DNA of 64,000 bases from Octopus sinensis (taxonomy: Eukaryota). Location: positions 85,498,001 through 85,562,000 of the forward strand of contig NC_043006.1 in NCBI RefSeq assembly GCF_006345805.1. The letters run 5' to 3'. Every line of letters starts with the position of its first letter. Within the stretch, counting starts at the first letter, position 1. A program made the position numbers and the translations under genes. Below, one piece after another: positions 1 to 12,927 of the stretch. The notes under the pieces are model-generated. The model did not search any database. It saw only the letters and a list, made by a program, of their open reading frames with translations, and was not told the origin of the DNA.

Positions 1-436
1 AGTGTCAAGAATCTCACTAATAATGTGACTAATTCATATTAAAAAAAAAAAAAAAAACTTTTTTTTTGCTAAGAATCAGTGTCAAGTATCTCACTTTTTG
101 TATAATGTGATTATATATTAAATTATACATATTTTGTATAATGTGACTAATTCATATTCAAGAAAAAGGTAAAAAGCACATTTTAGATTTTATTTAAAAT
201 CTGGGAGAGAATTTTATAGATGCAAGGGGGACGTGGAGAGAAGGACAAATTCCTAGGGGAGGTGGGGTAGTAAAAAGGTTAAGAACTTCTGATCTAGAGA
301 ATGGTTCAGTGCATCTCTAGGAGAGAGAGAGAGAGAGAAACACAGTAAGGCTGACAAGTGGTGGAGATACTTGTGAGACTGGTGTTGGCAAGAAATATTA
401 ATCACTTAACAAGTTTAGAAACTCATTGTCAATCGA

Positions 437-1230
437 TGTTTTAACATCATCTTTTTCAAAAAAGTCACCTTGCACAGCAATATAGTGGTTCTGACATTCC
501 TGCCACTTTTGGAATCTAGCCTGGAAGTCATTTTCTGTAAGTGAGTTGAGGATCTTCTGTGATTCACTCTGGATCTTGAGCTGCATTTTCATTTTGGGGA
601 AGTGATGGAAATCTGCAGGTGCTAAATCTGGCGAATAGGGTGGGTATGAAAGCAATACCATGTTGATTTTGGTGAGAAATTCACGAGTGAGGAGAACTCG
701 GTGACAGAGTGCATTGTTGTCATACAGAATCCAATTCTTTGCACTCCACAAATCCAGTTGTTTTTGCTGAATGCTCTCAAATGTTTCAAAACATCACAGT
801 AGAACTTTTGATTGATGGTCTGGCTCTTGGAGGAAGAATTCTTAATATATGATACCTTATTTCTGGGGGTGATGCTTTTGGCAGGTCTTTCAGGGATGTT
901 CTTCTGGTTTTGAAGCACCCAAGCCACTTGAAACGTTGCACACAACCCTTTGCCTTGTCATAAGCTTACCAAAGCTTGCTCAATGTCTCTGTAGCAGACT
1001 TCCCAAGTTTAACACCAAATTTTATGTTAGCTCTTTGTTCCTGTCCAGACAACAGCTTAGATGTGATTACAAAAACACAAATTTCGCAACTTGCGAAGTA
1101 AACACTGTGATGTCACTCAACACACTACCTCATGAAGGTCGCTGCTGGCTTTCACTGTGCATGCAACCATGTGCTGCCATCTGTTGGTGTGCTACAGAAC
1201 TAGTCCAAGAACATTTTTTATACCACCCTC
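437..1230 (-). mobile_element. Internally deleted mariner (Tc1/mariner) transposon remnant
   Basis: Minus-strand peptide LSYPPYSPDLAPADFHHFPKMK contains the mariner YSPDLAP motif. The 5' TIR-like end (rc GAGGGTGGTATAAAAAATGTTCTTGGACTAGT) is next to TA at 1231-1232. Homologous to the copy at 29281-30144; the 3' TIR is lost. Confidence 0.85.
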
Positions 1231-2449
1231 TATGCTTTAAATACCAGTTTTATAATGAATTAGTCATTTCGCTAAATTCATCCTTATTTTTGAAATTTTT
1301 GTTTTTTTAAAACAGATATGGTAACAAAACATAAGGTGATCAAAATTAAAAACTTCCATCAAATTTTATATTAACTTTTGTACATGCTAGGTGCTGTCCC
1401 TACAACCAATCTAATCTGTCAAGCATTCTCTACATCTCATCTCCCTCCCCACCCCTTCCCTTACATGCTGGGTGCTGTTCCCACACCCATACTATCCCAT
1501 CAAGCATTCCCCACTTCTCAACCGTTCCTTCCTTGATACATAATACATTTCCTAATTTCTTGTGCTACAAGTTCCTCCTTTCATTCCTTTTCATCCTCCT
1601 CCTCCTGCTTCATCTTAACACCTTGCATATCTGCTATCTTTCCCTATGCCCCCTCTTGTCTGCCACTATGCCCTTATGTATCTCCACATCTCCTTCCCCA
1701 CTGTTACTATGCCTTGATCATCATCTCCTAGTCTGTACGATCATCCCTGATCCAATCCTATTTCTGTTCTCCTACCCACTGCCCAAACTGATATTTCCCA
1801 CCAGTCAAAGATTTCATGACACTGATGAAATGAAAATGGTTGTGAAAAAGTGGATACAACATTGCACACCTGAATATTTTCATCCATCTTTACATTTTGA
1901 GTTCAAATTTCACCAAGCTTGAGTTTGCCTTTCATCCTTTCAGGGTTGATAAAAAAGTACCAGTTGAATACTGGGGTCGATATAACCTACTATCCCTCTT
2001 CCCTCGAAATTGCTGGCCTCGTGCCAAAATTTAAAACCAATTTTCTTATTTTGGGGAGACTCTACCAATTTCTAACTGTTCTGGATTTCGGTCAGTTCTC
2101 CAGATATATGTAAACAATGCCACAGCTATGCAAAGTAGCATTGGTTTGATGTCATCCATATGTTACAGATAAATACTGAATGAACTGATCAATGATCATA
2201 GAGATTCTAGCCTTGACCAACCCATTTTATCCAATATACTCTTCCTCTTTCTTTTTAAATGAAAGTGTGTCATTTGAGAAAAATTTGGTTGTTAATTTTG
2301 CACGTCAAGTTCATTGACTTGTGTCACTCCTTACTTCATCTTTTATTTCTTTAACAACATAATAAATTACTTATAATTCAAACTAATCATGAAAAAATTG
2401 ACATTATTAAATTATATTACTAATATTTCACAAATTATTAATTCAATAG

Positions 2450-2690
2450 GCTTTTTAGCAGAAACGTTAGCACGCCGGGCGAAATGTGTAGCCATATTTT
2501 GTCTGCCATTATGTTCTGAGTTCAAATTCCGCCGAGGTTGACTTTGCCTTTCATCCTCTCGGGGTCGATAAATTAAGTACCAGTTATGCACTGGGGGTCG
2601 ATATAATTGACTTAATTCATTTGTCTGTCCTTGTTTGTCCTCTCTGTGTTTAGCCCCTTGTGTGTAGTAAAGAAATAGGTATTTTGTCTG
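2450..2690 (+). mobile_element. tRNA-derived SINE, family B
   Basis: A-box-like head (GCAGAAACGTTAGCACGCCGGGCGAAATG) and B box GAGTTCAAATTCC. Many near-identical copies occur across the window. Confidence 0.8.
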
Positions 2691-4189
2691 TCTTTGCATT
2701 CTGAGTTCAAATTCCAAAAAGGTTAACTTTGTCTTTCATCATTTCAGGGTTGATAAAATAAGTGCCAGTTAAACTCTGGGGTCAAAGTAATTGACTTACT
2801 CCTACGAAATTGTTGGCCCTGTGCCAAAATTTGAAATCGATATTAACAGGCTGCCTTTCAAAATCATTAATTTTAAGGTTAATAAAGAGATCATACCAAG
2901 TTCTCTAAGAACTTTGATCTGGCTGGTGTAGATAAGAAAACAGACTGTATTGATAAGGATATGTGAGAAGAACAGATGATACATGAGGTTAAAAATCAGT
3001 GCAGACTGTTAAGTAGATTGTATGTCCCTCAAACATATTGATGTCTATATAAATTTAGAAGAAATATGAAACGTATAATGAACTGTATGTAATAAATGAT
3101 TTCAAATTTTGCACAAGGCCAACAGTCTTAAGGAGCAATGATAGTTGATTGCATTGAGCCCAGTGTTCAAAAGGTACTTATCTTATTGACTCTGTATAGG
3201 ATGAAAGGCTAAGTTGACTTTGGCAGAATTTGAACTCAGAATGTAAAGAGCTGAACAAAATGCCACTAAGCATGTAATGAAAGTGTTAACAATTCTGCCA
3301 GTTTGCCACCTTAGATTGTATGTAATAAGCAAAGATATTAAGGCAGTGAGTTGACAGAATTATTAGCATATCAGGCAAAATGTTTAGCGGCATTTCGTCC
3401 ATCTCTATGTTCTGAGTTCAAATTCTATTGAGGCTGATTGTGCCTTTTATCCATTCAGGATCAATAAAATAAGCATCATTCATGTACTAGGGTAGATGTA
3501 ATTGTCTTACCCAACCCTGAAATTGCTAGCCCTATGCTAAAATTTTGAACCAATAATTAAAGATGTTCATTTATTCTATGCATTAATCTGATGAAAAGAA
3601 ATACTTAACCATATTTTTATTGAGGTATCATTCAGGAAACTCTTAAATAATCCAAGGGCCAAAGTGAGCACACAGACTATTATTCTACAAAAATTAATAG
3701 CCCTCAAATTCTCCGAAACTTGAAATAACAGTATTGACTCTCTGCTATTCAGCTGCAGAATATATGTATCCAGTGTGGTAAAGATTTTTACATACAAGAT
3801 CTCTAGACAGCATTCTCAATATGACATGATGTTCATATATAACTAGTTGTCTCAGGTTTGTTAACATTGATAACCTTCACCTGTGGGTTAACATTTCCCC
3901 ACTCTGATAAGCATTTTGTCTGATGCATCAATGATTCTGCCAGTTCACCTACTAATGATAGTAATATTTTTTTTCTATGAGAGACACAAAGCCAGAAATT
4001 TTATGAGGAGGGGGCCTAGTTATTACAGTGAGCCTAATGCTCAACTGACACTTATTTTATCGACCTCAATAGATGAAAGGCAAACTTTCAGTGGCATTTG
4101 AATTTCGGACATAAAGCTGGAAGAAATTTTCATAAAGCATTTTTTGTTTGGCATGATAATGATTCTAGCAACTCACTGCCTTAACAATA

Positions 4190-4365
4190 ACAAGAAGTCT
4201 TTCTACTATAAGCACAAGGCCTGAAATTTTGGAGAAAGAAGCTAGAATAAAGGATAAAAGGTGAAGTCAACCTCAGTGGAATTTGAAATCAGAATGTAAA
4301 GATGGATGAAATGCTGCTAAGCATCTTGTATAGTATGCTAACGATTCTGTCAGCTCAGTGTCTTC

Positions 4366-4401
<36 letters not shown>

Positions 4402-4660
4402 GTAATAATAATAATAATAATCCTTTCTACTGGAAGCACAAGGCCTCAAATCTGGGGAGAGGGATTAAGTTGAGTACATCAACCCCAGTGTGTAACTGGT
4501 ACTTATTTAATTGACCCTGAAAGGACGAAATGCAAAGTTGACTGCGGCAGAATTTGAACTCAGAACATAACGACAGACAAAAATATCACTAAGCATTTTG
4601 CCCAGTGTGCTAACAATCCTGCTAGCTTGCTGCCTTTAATAAAAAAAAAAAAAAAAAAAA

Positions 4661-4693
<33 letters not shown>

Positions 4694-4910
4694 CTTTTCT
4701 ACTGTAGGCACAAGGCCTGAAGTTTGTGGGTGGTGGGTGCTGCAGTCGATTAGATCAACTTAAGTACACAACTTGTACTTAATTTATCGAGCCCAAAAAG
4801 ATGAAAGGCAAAGTTGACCATGGTGGAATTTGAACTCAGAATGTAAAGACAGACGAAATACTGCTAAGCATTTTGCTCGGTGTGCTAATGATTCTGTCAG
4901 CTTGCCGACT
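4190..4910 (-). mobile_element. Head-to-tail chain of family B SINE copies separated by (AAT)n
   Basis: Three repeats of CTTTCTACT..GCACAAGGCCT...GAATTTGAA(A/C)TCAGAA...GCTAA(C/T)(G/A)AT, separated by AAT runs at 4368-4420, 4663-4693 and 4911-4932. Confidence 0.8.
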
Positions 4911-4944
4911 TAATAACAATAATAATAATAATATGATGATGATT

Positions 4945-5200
4945 GAACAACTATGACGATTTGAAGTGGGAAATACAAAGGTTGTGGTCAATGAGGAGAA
5001 TAGATTGGTACCAATAGTGACTGGCACACTTGGAAGTATCAGCACCCAACTACCATTGTGGCTCAAAAAGATTGGTACAAATGTAAAGGTAGAACACCTA
5101 TAAAAATTCACATTCCTTGGAACTACAAGACATCTTTGCAGGGTTCTTGAAGCATGTGCCACCTTAGTCTGCTGGCTGTGGACAACTGACACTTTCCATC
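4945..5200 (+). mobile_element. R4/Dong-like non-LTR retrotransposon, C-terminal fragment
   Basis: Degraded translation YDDLKWEIQRLW...VPIVTGTLGSI...LGTTRHLCRVL resembles the end of a restriction-like endonuclease (RLE) domain. Confidence 0.65.
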
Positions 5201-5249
5201 ATACCCAGCAAAATAAGCTGTGAGTTTGCATCAAATAATAATAATAAGC

Positions 5250-6410
5250 ATCTCAACAAGCATGATAGTATAGTATATTCACTGGGTAATTCGCAAAGAC
5301 CTCAACCTGCCCCATGATAAAAACTGGTGGGAACACAAAACACTTCCAGTGCTTGAAAATGTTCATATCTCACTCCTTTGGAACTTTACTGTTCAAACTG
5401 ACAGAAAGATAGATGCAAATAGACCGCACATTATAGTGAAGGATTTCAGACAAAAAATCATGCTTCCTCATCAATATGACTGTCCCAAGTAACATAAATG
5501 TGCCTGTCAAGACCTACCAAAAACTGAGCGAGTATAAAGATCTTGAAATAGAAATTGGCAAAATGTGGAACCTCAAGACTAATACTTGTTGTCATAGATG
5601 CCCTAGTAACAATAGCGAAAGAGGCTCATTGCTATCTATCCCAGATACCAGGAAATTAAAAAAATAGTGCTCAGGGGAACTGCTGATATCCTAAGGAAAA
5701 TATTGTCTCTGTAATCCCCAAAGCATTTAAATCTGTAAACAGTATCAAAATACTTTTAAATGTACTTAATAGCAAACACCTATATTACTGTCATCTTAAC
5801 ATCACACAATCATCTTATAATAAAATTACTTTTAGAACAAACTTCTAACTTTCTTATGATTTTATAGACATTCTCTAGAAAAATAATTGGATCTTTTCGG
5901 TTTGAACGGCAGTTTTTTCTAGCGGTGTCATATAAAATTGTCACCCATATTGCATTTCAATCTGTTTTAGGGTTAGGGTTAGTTATGGTTAGTTAAGGTT
6001 AGGGTTAGGGGTGGGGGAAGGGTATCTTTTTTTTCTTTACAAATGTAAATAAACCCAATCTGTTTCTTAAACGAGGGACATATTCATACAGCACAGAATG
6101 TTTTTTTTTTACCTCAATAGACGTCAGTGATTGGTTGAAATTGCAGAAATTGAAGAAAAAACAACAAATATCTTACAAACTATAGAATTTTCTCAATAAA
6201 GCCAAGAGAAAAAGATGTTTAATAAACACATTCTACCAGTTATACGAAGTTTAAAATTTTTTAGTTACCTAGAAATTATGTTAAAAACTGCCGTTCAAAC
6301 CGAAAAGATCCAAATAATTTGTGCAAAAACCAAAAATATGGCACCCTAGTCATAGCACCAACTTGAACTTCTAATTTGTCTCTTGAGGTCTCTGTAACCA
6401 ACTTGAACGT
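5250..6410 (+). mobile_element. R4/Dong-like LINE 3' portion (RLE domain plus 3' UTR), interrupted by a MITE
   Basis: Frameshifted YIHWVIRKDLNLPHDKNWWEH...LLWNFTVQTDRKIDANRPHII...NMTVP...KTYQKLSEYKDLEIEIGKMWNLKT. The 3' UTR matches the copy at 33880-34080 on both sides of the MITE at 5889-6311. Confidence 0.8.
5889..6311. mobile_element. MITE with 29-bp TIRs and 8-bp TSD (Merlin-like)
   Basis: TIR GGATCTTTTCGGTTTGAACGGCAGTTTTT / AAAAACTGCCGTTCAAACCGAAAAGATCC. Perfect TSD AAATAATT at 5881-5888 and 6312-6319. Second copy at 43468-43863. Confidence 0.9.
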
Positions 6411-6581
6411 AGATCTTCTTTTTTCACCATTCCCACCACCGCCACCGCCACTCACTGATATTGTCATGTAATTTAGAGTTAGTTTAGAGTTAGCTCCCTT
6501 TACTCTTCCTTTATCACACAACTTGTTTTCTTCGTCTTATTAATGATCTCAACGGAATAACATTCATCCAACGATAAACAG
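6410..6581 (+). other. ADCK5: Putative non-coding first exon / promoter-proximal region of ADCK5
   Basis: Unique sequence ending in a strong donor AAACAG|GTAAGA (6581/6582), within a locally CpG-retaining zone. The first coding exon starts at an acceptor, so an upstream exon is required. The start coordinate is approximate. Confidence 0.45.
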
Positions 6582-7649
6582 GTAAGAATTTTGACACTTC
6601 CATTTCTTCTTCACCATTCTAGTTACCCTTATCTATTACCTCTAAAAAAAACCTAAAAAACAAACTATTACTACAATATGATTATCAAAACCCACGTTTT
6701 CTTTTTCTTTTTACGTGACCTCTGTATAAAACATCTTGCAAGTAACTTAGAAATAGTTGACATTTTCCCTGTCACCTCTACGAAGAAAATCCAATTAAAT
6801 GAAATATATTGTAAATATTCTTATTTCTTTCTTAACGTTGTTATGGCTGGAATAAATCGCTTCCGACTGCTCTTCAATAAGATCACTCAAATGGAACATT
6901 ATCATATTCCTCTCAGAACTCGCTTCAAATACTGAAATGTATTATGAAGAATTATTTGCTTTATATATGTATTTTTTTTTATATCTATCTTCCTGTATAA
7001 ATAATTTCTTCGATAAATAAATTTTATAGCTATTTTAAAAAGTTGGTCCTCATATTAACGAGATGAATTATCATTATTATTTTCGTCGATGTCGACTTCG
7101 CCTTTCATCCCATCGAGATCGATAAAATAAATACCAGTTGAGCACTGGAATCGATGCAATCGACGAGCTCCCTCTCCCCAAATTTCAGGCTTTGTACCTA
7201 TAGTAGAAAGGATAGCAGCATTCCTTCCTGCTTTTCACGTTCTGAGTTCAAATGCCAACGTGGTCGACCTTAACTTTCATTCTTTCGGGGTTGATGAAAT
7301 AAGTACCAGCCGACGTAGTCAGCTAGACTTCTTCCCCTAAAATTTCAGGTTTTATGCTTATAGCAGAAAGGATTATTATTAACTTTTTTATTTATTTATT
7401 TCATAAAATGTACAACGATGGGTTTATTTAATCTATTATGTGATACCACTATATAATATGGTATATAGGAGTTTATGACGCAAACATTATATACTACAAT
7501 TGTGAGGGCAATACGTCTGTTTGCTTGTGCATATGCTTTTATTATTTTACTTGTTTACTTGTCAGTTGACTGCGGCCTTGCTGGAGCACCGCCTTAAAGA
7601 GTTTTTAGTCAAAGAAATCGACCCCATGACTTATTCTTTGTAAGCCTAG

Positions 7650-7707
7650 GGAAAGACTTCTGCCCGTCCCGAGTGGTTTTTGGGTGGGGACGGGCAGAAG
7701 TCTTGTC
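7650..7707. mobile_element. 58-bp miniature TIR element inserted into a SINE
   Basis: 21-bp TIR with 19 matches (G(G/A)(A/C)AAGACTTCTGCCCGTCCC). 8-bp TSD AAGCCTAG / AAGTCTAG. It interrupts the family A SINE motif TTTGTAAGCCTAGTAC. Confidence 0.8.
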
Positions 7708-7817
7708 AAGTCTAGTACTATCGATTCCTTATGTCGAACTGCTATGTTACGACTACATAAACACACCAACTTCGGTTGTCAGACGATGGTGGGGGAACAA
7801 ACAGACACAAAGACGTG

Positions 7818-7849
<32 letters not shown>

Positions 7850-8812
7850 ACGATTAAAATTTGTTATAACGGCAAGTTGTAGGATGGGAAAGATGAACAA
7901 TGCACGAAGTTTTAAGGAAATATTTATTTACCGTTACGTTACAATACCTTCCTCGATGGGCAGGTTATGATAAATCCAAAAGCATGCAAAGTAAAGTTTG
8001 TGTTCTCTTCATTGTTTAGTAGTAGTAATTACAGAGATAGAACGATGTTGTAAGAGAACAGAATTAGAGCCAGTGAGAGTTGTAAACAAATCCACAGACA
8101 CACACATACACACACATGTACGTGTACACACACAGATGGCTAGTTTCAGTTTACGTCTACCAAATTCACTCACAAGGCTTTGGTTGACCTGAGGTCATTG
8201 TAGAAGACACTTACCCAGGATACTGTGCAGTGGGACTGAACCCGAAACAATGTGGCTATGAAGTGAACTTAACGACAGTCATTTGCAGGCCTCCCTCTCT
8301 ACTACCACTTTTTTAAGTGGTTTTTTTACTCTTTCTTGTTATTGTTGTGGAGTCACAGGGACTTCACTAGTGTTGGTGCCACAAAAGTAGCAACCACTAC
8401 ACTCTTGCTGGCATTTAGAAAGAGTGTTCATCCATAGAAACCATGCTAAAGCAGACATTGGAGCATGTGCCAATCCTCAGGCTTATGAGATCCTGTAGAA
8501 CAGCCCAATTGGTGTTTGCTTAAAGATTAATGATGATGATGATGATGATGGTGATATATGACTTACATATATGTATGTTGAATCTATTTATGTTTAATCT
8601 ACTGTGTAGTACAAAAAACAAACAAACAAAAAATCTGGCTCAGGACTATTTAATATGGGTTTTAGACATATAGTTCTACAAATCTGATTTCCTTTCTAAT
8701 CATATATGTAGGCTGATCAGTCCCTTTAGAATCTAGAGAGACATAGTACTTGAATGCACTATTGATACCATTAATTCAGATTAGTCTAATGATATTATAG
8801 CACTGCCTTTAA

Positions 8813-9028
8813 CCCTTTTGTTACCAACCTGGTTGAAACTGGCTCTGGCTACAAATGTCTTGTTTTCATAAGTTTTGAATTAAAATCTTCCACCAAACCT
8901 TAGTCACAATTTATGTTCCTAACACTAGCTGAATGGTAACTAAGTTATTTTACTAAATTCTTTGTTATATTTAAAGTAATTGAAAGAAACACAGAACATC
9001 TCAAAATAAACACAGTAATGAAAGGACT
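8813..9028. mobile_element. piggyBac-type MITE
   Basis: Begins TTAA|CCCTTTTGTTACC and has a degenerate right end GTAATGAAAGGACTAA. Same family as 54916-55124 and the ends of 44658-46040. Confidence 0.7.
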
Positions 9029-9660
9029 AACAATTAATTCTGTAGTATTAAGCACAGAGCACTCAGTTTGATATTGTGGATTTCTAACCTTTAATTCTGG
9101 GATCTCTCCTCCTGCAAACCATAGACTTTGGGAGACAGTTCACTGTGATTAGAGAACAGTTATTAGGATAGTCATGAAAGCTGAGGAGTTTTATATCATG
9201 ATTACTTCTACAGAATCAAAAAAGGAAAGAGAGTTGCTGTTTGATGTTTCCATGGGGAATTATGATAGGGCTCAGGTCTGATCTCATTTTCAAGAAGTGC
9301 ACTTCCACCTACAACTCAGGCTTATATAGAAATGATAGTTTGGTAGTTTTAAGGAATGTGAATTGTCATGCAAAAGATAAAAAGAAGATGAAAGATGATG
9401 ATTAAGCAATTACATTGACCCCCCCCCCCGTGTTTTACTGGTATTAAATTCATCGACCTTGAAAGGCAAAGTCAACTTCACTGGAATGATGATAATAATA
9501 AAATTGCTGCTATGGATAAATTACGAAGAACTGAACATGAATCTTCAAGCAATTTAATTGAAATATTGCTATCACCACCAATCTAATCACACAGTCAAAT
9601 GTAGAATTTATTTCAAGACAAAATAAATGCTACATCTATAGAAAGCTCAATGAGGAGATG

Positions 9661-9661
<1 letters not shown>

Positions 9662-9721
<60 letters not shown>

Positions 9722-9735
9722 TGTGTGTGTGTGTG
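9662..9735. repeat. (GT)n microsatellite
   Basis: Visible dinucleotide run. Confidence 0.95.
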
Positions 9736-10467
9736 CAGGAATTCCAATCACTCTCAGCTATAATTAAGATCTCAGTAACCAGTATCTGTAGAAGAGACAA
9801 GCTAAGGTAGATTAGACATAACATATTAATAAATGGCAGTTACTATTAGTTATCATCATGTTTTGATTTCCTATGGTTTATTTTGCCATGTTGCTATCAA
9901 ACTTTCCAGACATCTTTATTTACATGAGAGTCATTATGTGTCAATGTCTAGAAATAGCAGCCAAGTCACCTTCAAATCACATTTTGCCATGCTAAAAGAG
10001 GCATTTGAAAATGTAGTCTTATATACACAGCTCCTGAGATAAAAGATAGGATAGTCATGGTTGGAATGCCTTAGTCCACTTTTTTGTTCTTTTGTGTTTT
10101 ATTCTATGCATTTGCTTATACTTTTGGTTATCATTGCTGTCTTTCTTTACTTGACTTATTGCTGCTGTCTGTCTCCTCTTTTTCCCCTTTTCTAATGATT
10201 GTAGCACATCTGAGAATTGTATTCTATAAGCTCATTATTATTATATTAGAGTGTAAGGTTGAAAGCTGGCAGAATCGTTAGGACGTGGGACACACTGCTT
10301 AGCAGCATTTCATCTGTCTTTATGTTCTGAGTTCAAATTCTGCTAAAGTCAACTTTGCCTTTTATCCTTTTGGAGTCAATGAAATAAGCACCAGTCAAGT
10401 ACTGGGGTTGATGTATTCAACTCTCCCCCTCCCACCCCCAAATTTCAGGCCTTGTGTCTATAACAGA

Positions 10468-11075
10468 AAAGAGAGACGACTGCGCTGGTATGGTCATGTG
10501 TTACTTAGATGAGGACAGCTGCATGAGGAAGTGCCACTTCCTAACTGTGGAAGAATCCTGTGGAAGAGGTAGACCCAGGAAGACATGGAATGAGGTGGTG
10601 AAGCTTGACCTTTGAACATTGGGCCTCACAGAGGCAATGACAGGAGACCGAGACCTTTGGAGATATACTGTGATTGAGAAGACCTGGCAACTAAAGTGAG
10701 ATCACTGCTACACATGTCTGGCCCATTTAAGAGTACCCATGATGTGTTGTGCGATATAATATGCTTGAGAAGACCTGTTGAATCAAGTAAAACCAACATC
10801 ATAGCTGTGGCCAGTACCCTCTGACTGGCCCCTGTGCCAGTGGCATATAAAAAGCACCATCTGTACATGGTCGATCCCAGGTCCACCTGACTGGTGCAGG
10901 TACCATGTAAAAGGTACCCAGTACACTGTAAAGTATTGTCATTAGGAGGGACACCCAGTCATAGAAACCATGCCAAAACAGATAATGGAAGCCTGGTGCA
11001 GCTCTTTGGCTTGCCAATCCTGTCAAACCGTCCAACCCATGCCAGCATGGAAAATGTACATTAAATGATAATGAT
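10468..11075 (+). mobile_element. RTE-clade LINE 3' end (ORF C-terminus, 3' UTR and GAT tail)
   Basis: Degraded RRLRWYGHVL...GRGRPRKTWNEVVKLDL...DRDLWR, followed by a UTR ending CCAACCCATGCCAGCATGGAAA...TTAAATGATAATGAT. This UTR recurs at about 11225, 15585, 18585, 29025, 33025, 40205, 40710, 46855 and 51420. Confidence 0.85.
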
Positions 11076-11910
11076 ATCTGCTTGATTAGGGTTGTCTAAG
11101 GCCTAAACAACTTCATTTAGTTTTTATTTTACTTGTGAAAGAATATTCAGTGCCAGGCAAATGAAAACTGAAGTTGCAGTCTTCAACTTATTTACATCAC
11201 CAACAAATATTTCATTGGCTAATACCGATCGTGGCCATTTGCCAGCCTGCTCTGGCCCCTGTGCCAATGGCACGTAAAAAACACCCACTACACTCACGGA
11301 GTGGTTGGCGTTAGGAAGGGCATCCAGCTGTAAAAACACTGCCAAATCAGACTAGAGCCTGGTGCAGCCTCCATGGCTTCCAGACCCCGGTCAAACCGTC
11401 CAACCCATGCTAGCATGGAAAACGGACGTTAAATGATGATGATGAGTATGTGCTGCTGAATGTATTCTGATCAACCAAGGTCAGTTTTTAAACAAATAAT
11501 GTAGAACGTCCGTGTCACTTTTAAGTTTAGAAAACAGTCTTAGTAGCCTTGTGAGTCATTAAATTGCTCGAGTCAGAAACAGCTTGGACATTCAAATACC
11601 TATAAATGGAAGATATTTTCCTATCAGGACTACAATTTACTGTACATCAACCCCTTTAATTGCTGTTTGCTAGTACTGGGTAAATATTATGTAATCTGTA
11701 GCTGGTGATGGAAAGAGAATTACTAAGTCATTTTAACTTTTGTAATGCATGCCTAATATTGTTTTTTAATGTATGTATTTGTTTATTGTTAGTGAATGGA
11801 GATTAAATAACATTTAGGTTTCTATGGTTACTGAATAAGTAAAATGTTAGAGTAAGATTTTTGGTTTGTGTGCATAGATATATACACTTGCATACATACA
11901 CATTTATATA

Positions 11911-11934
11911 TCTCTATATATATAAACGGCAAAA

Positions 11935-11965
<31 letters not shown>

Positions 11966-12240
11966 CCTTTATACAAATCCACAATTTTTCAGTTATAGGG
12001 CTCGCACTTTCTATGGTCATTCAAAGCCATCCAAGGGTGGTCATGCACATCTTTACATTTCCCCAGTCACCCAGCAAAGCCATTAAAAAATCAATAGAAG
12101 TGACTTTTTTGTGAATTTTCTCTCCAAAACCCAATCAAAATGCCCAAAACTCGATAAGCTAATTGAATGCCAGCTAGCTGTATGTGATTGGTCGGAGATT
12201 TGGACAGTACTCGCATGTATATGCCGGGTCATAGTGCTAG
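11911..12240 (+). mobile_element. Non-autonomous Helitron-like element
   Basis: 5' end A|TCTCTATATATATAAAC and 3' end CCGGGTCATAGTGCTAG|T. A related inverted copy is at about 37960-38250. Confidence 0.65.
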
Positions 12241-12927
12241 TATACTGTTTATGTGTGTAGATATTCAATAAATATATGTGGTTATATAGTGAATGTGTGT
12301 GTATGTATAAAATTAATTATATATGTGGGTTGACAGGAACTGTCAAGACAATTTTACAGAATGGACTGGATACTCTCTATGCAGTACCAGCAGCAGTGAG
12401 ATTACCAAGTAATAAGGAGGATAAGGTCCTTCAACTGGGGCGAGTAATATTGAGGGGCAGAAAGACATGGCTACCTCAGGTGGAGAGAGAGAGAGATGGT
12501 GAAGATGTGACAGAAGGGGGAAAAGGCTGAGAATTGGAGAAGCTGGGTGGCATATGTGAGGGACAATGGAGGGGAGGGAGAAACAGTGGTGGTGAGCATG
12601 GGTGGGTTGTGGGGTAGGAGGCATTCATGGACATGGATTTTACTTAACTGGTAGATATTCCCAAGCAGAAGATATATATATATATATACATATTTACACA
12701 CACACACAAGGTTAAATTGTGTGTATGTATATATATGAAACTAAATTTTATATATTTATATATAAGTAAATTATATGCATGCATGTATGTTTGGACAATT
12801 TAATTGTATATTTTATATACAATTTTATATATTATATATATATAAAAATATAATTTTATTTTTACTCTTCTTTCAGTTATGCATCAGAAATATTCTCAGT
12901 TGTTTTAGCTGTGGCTCACATTCCATC

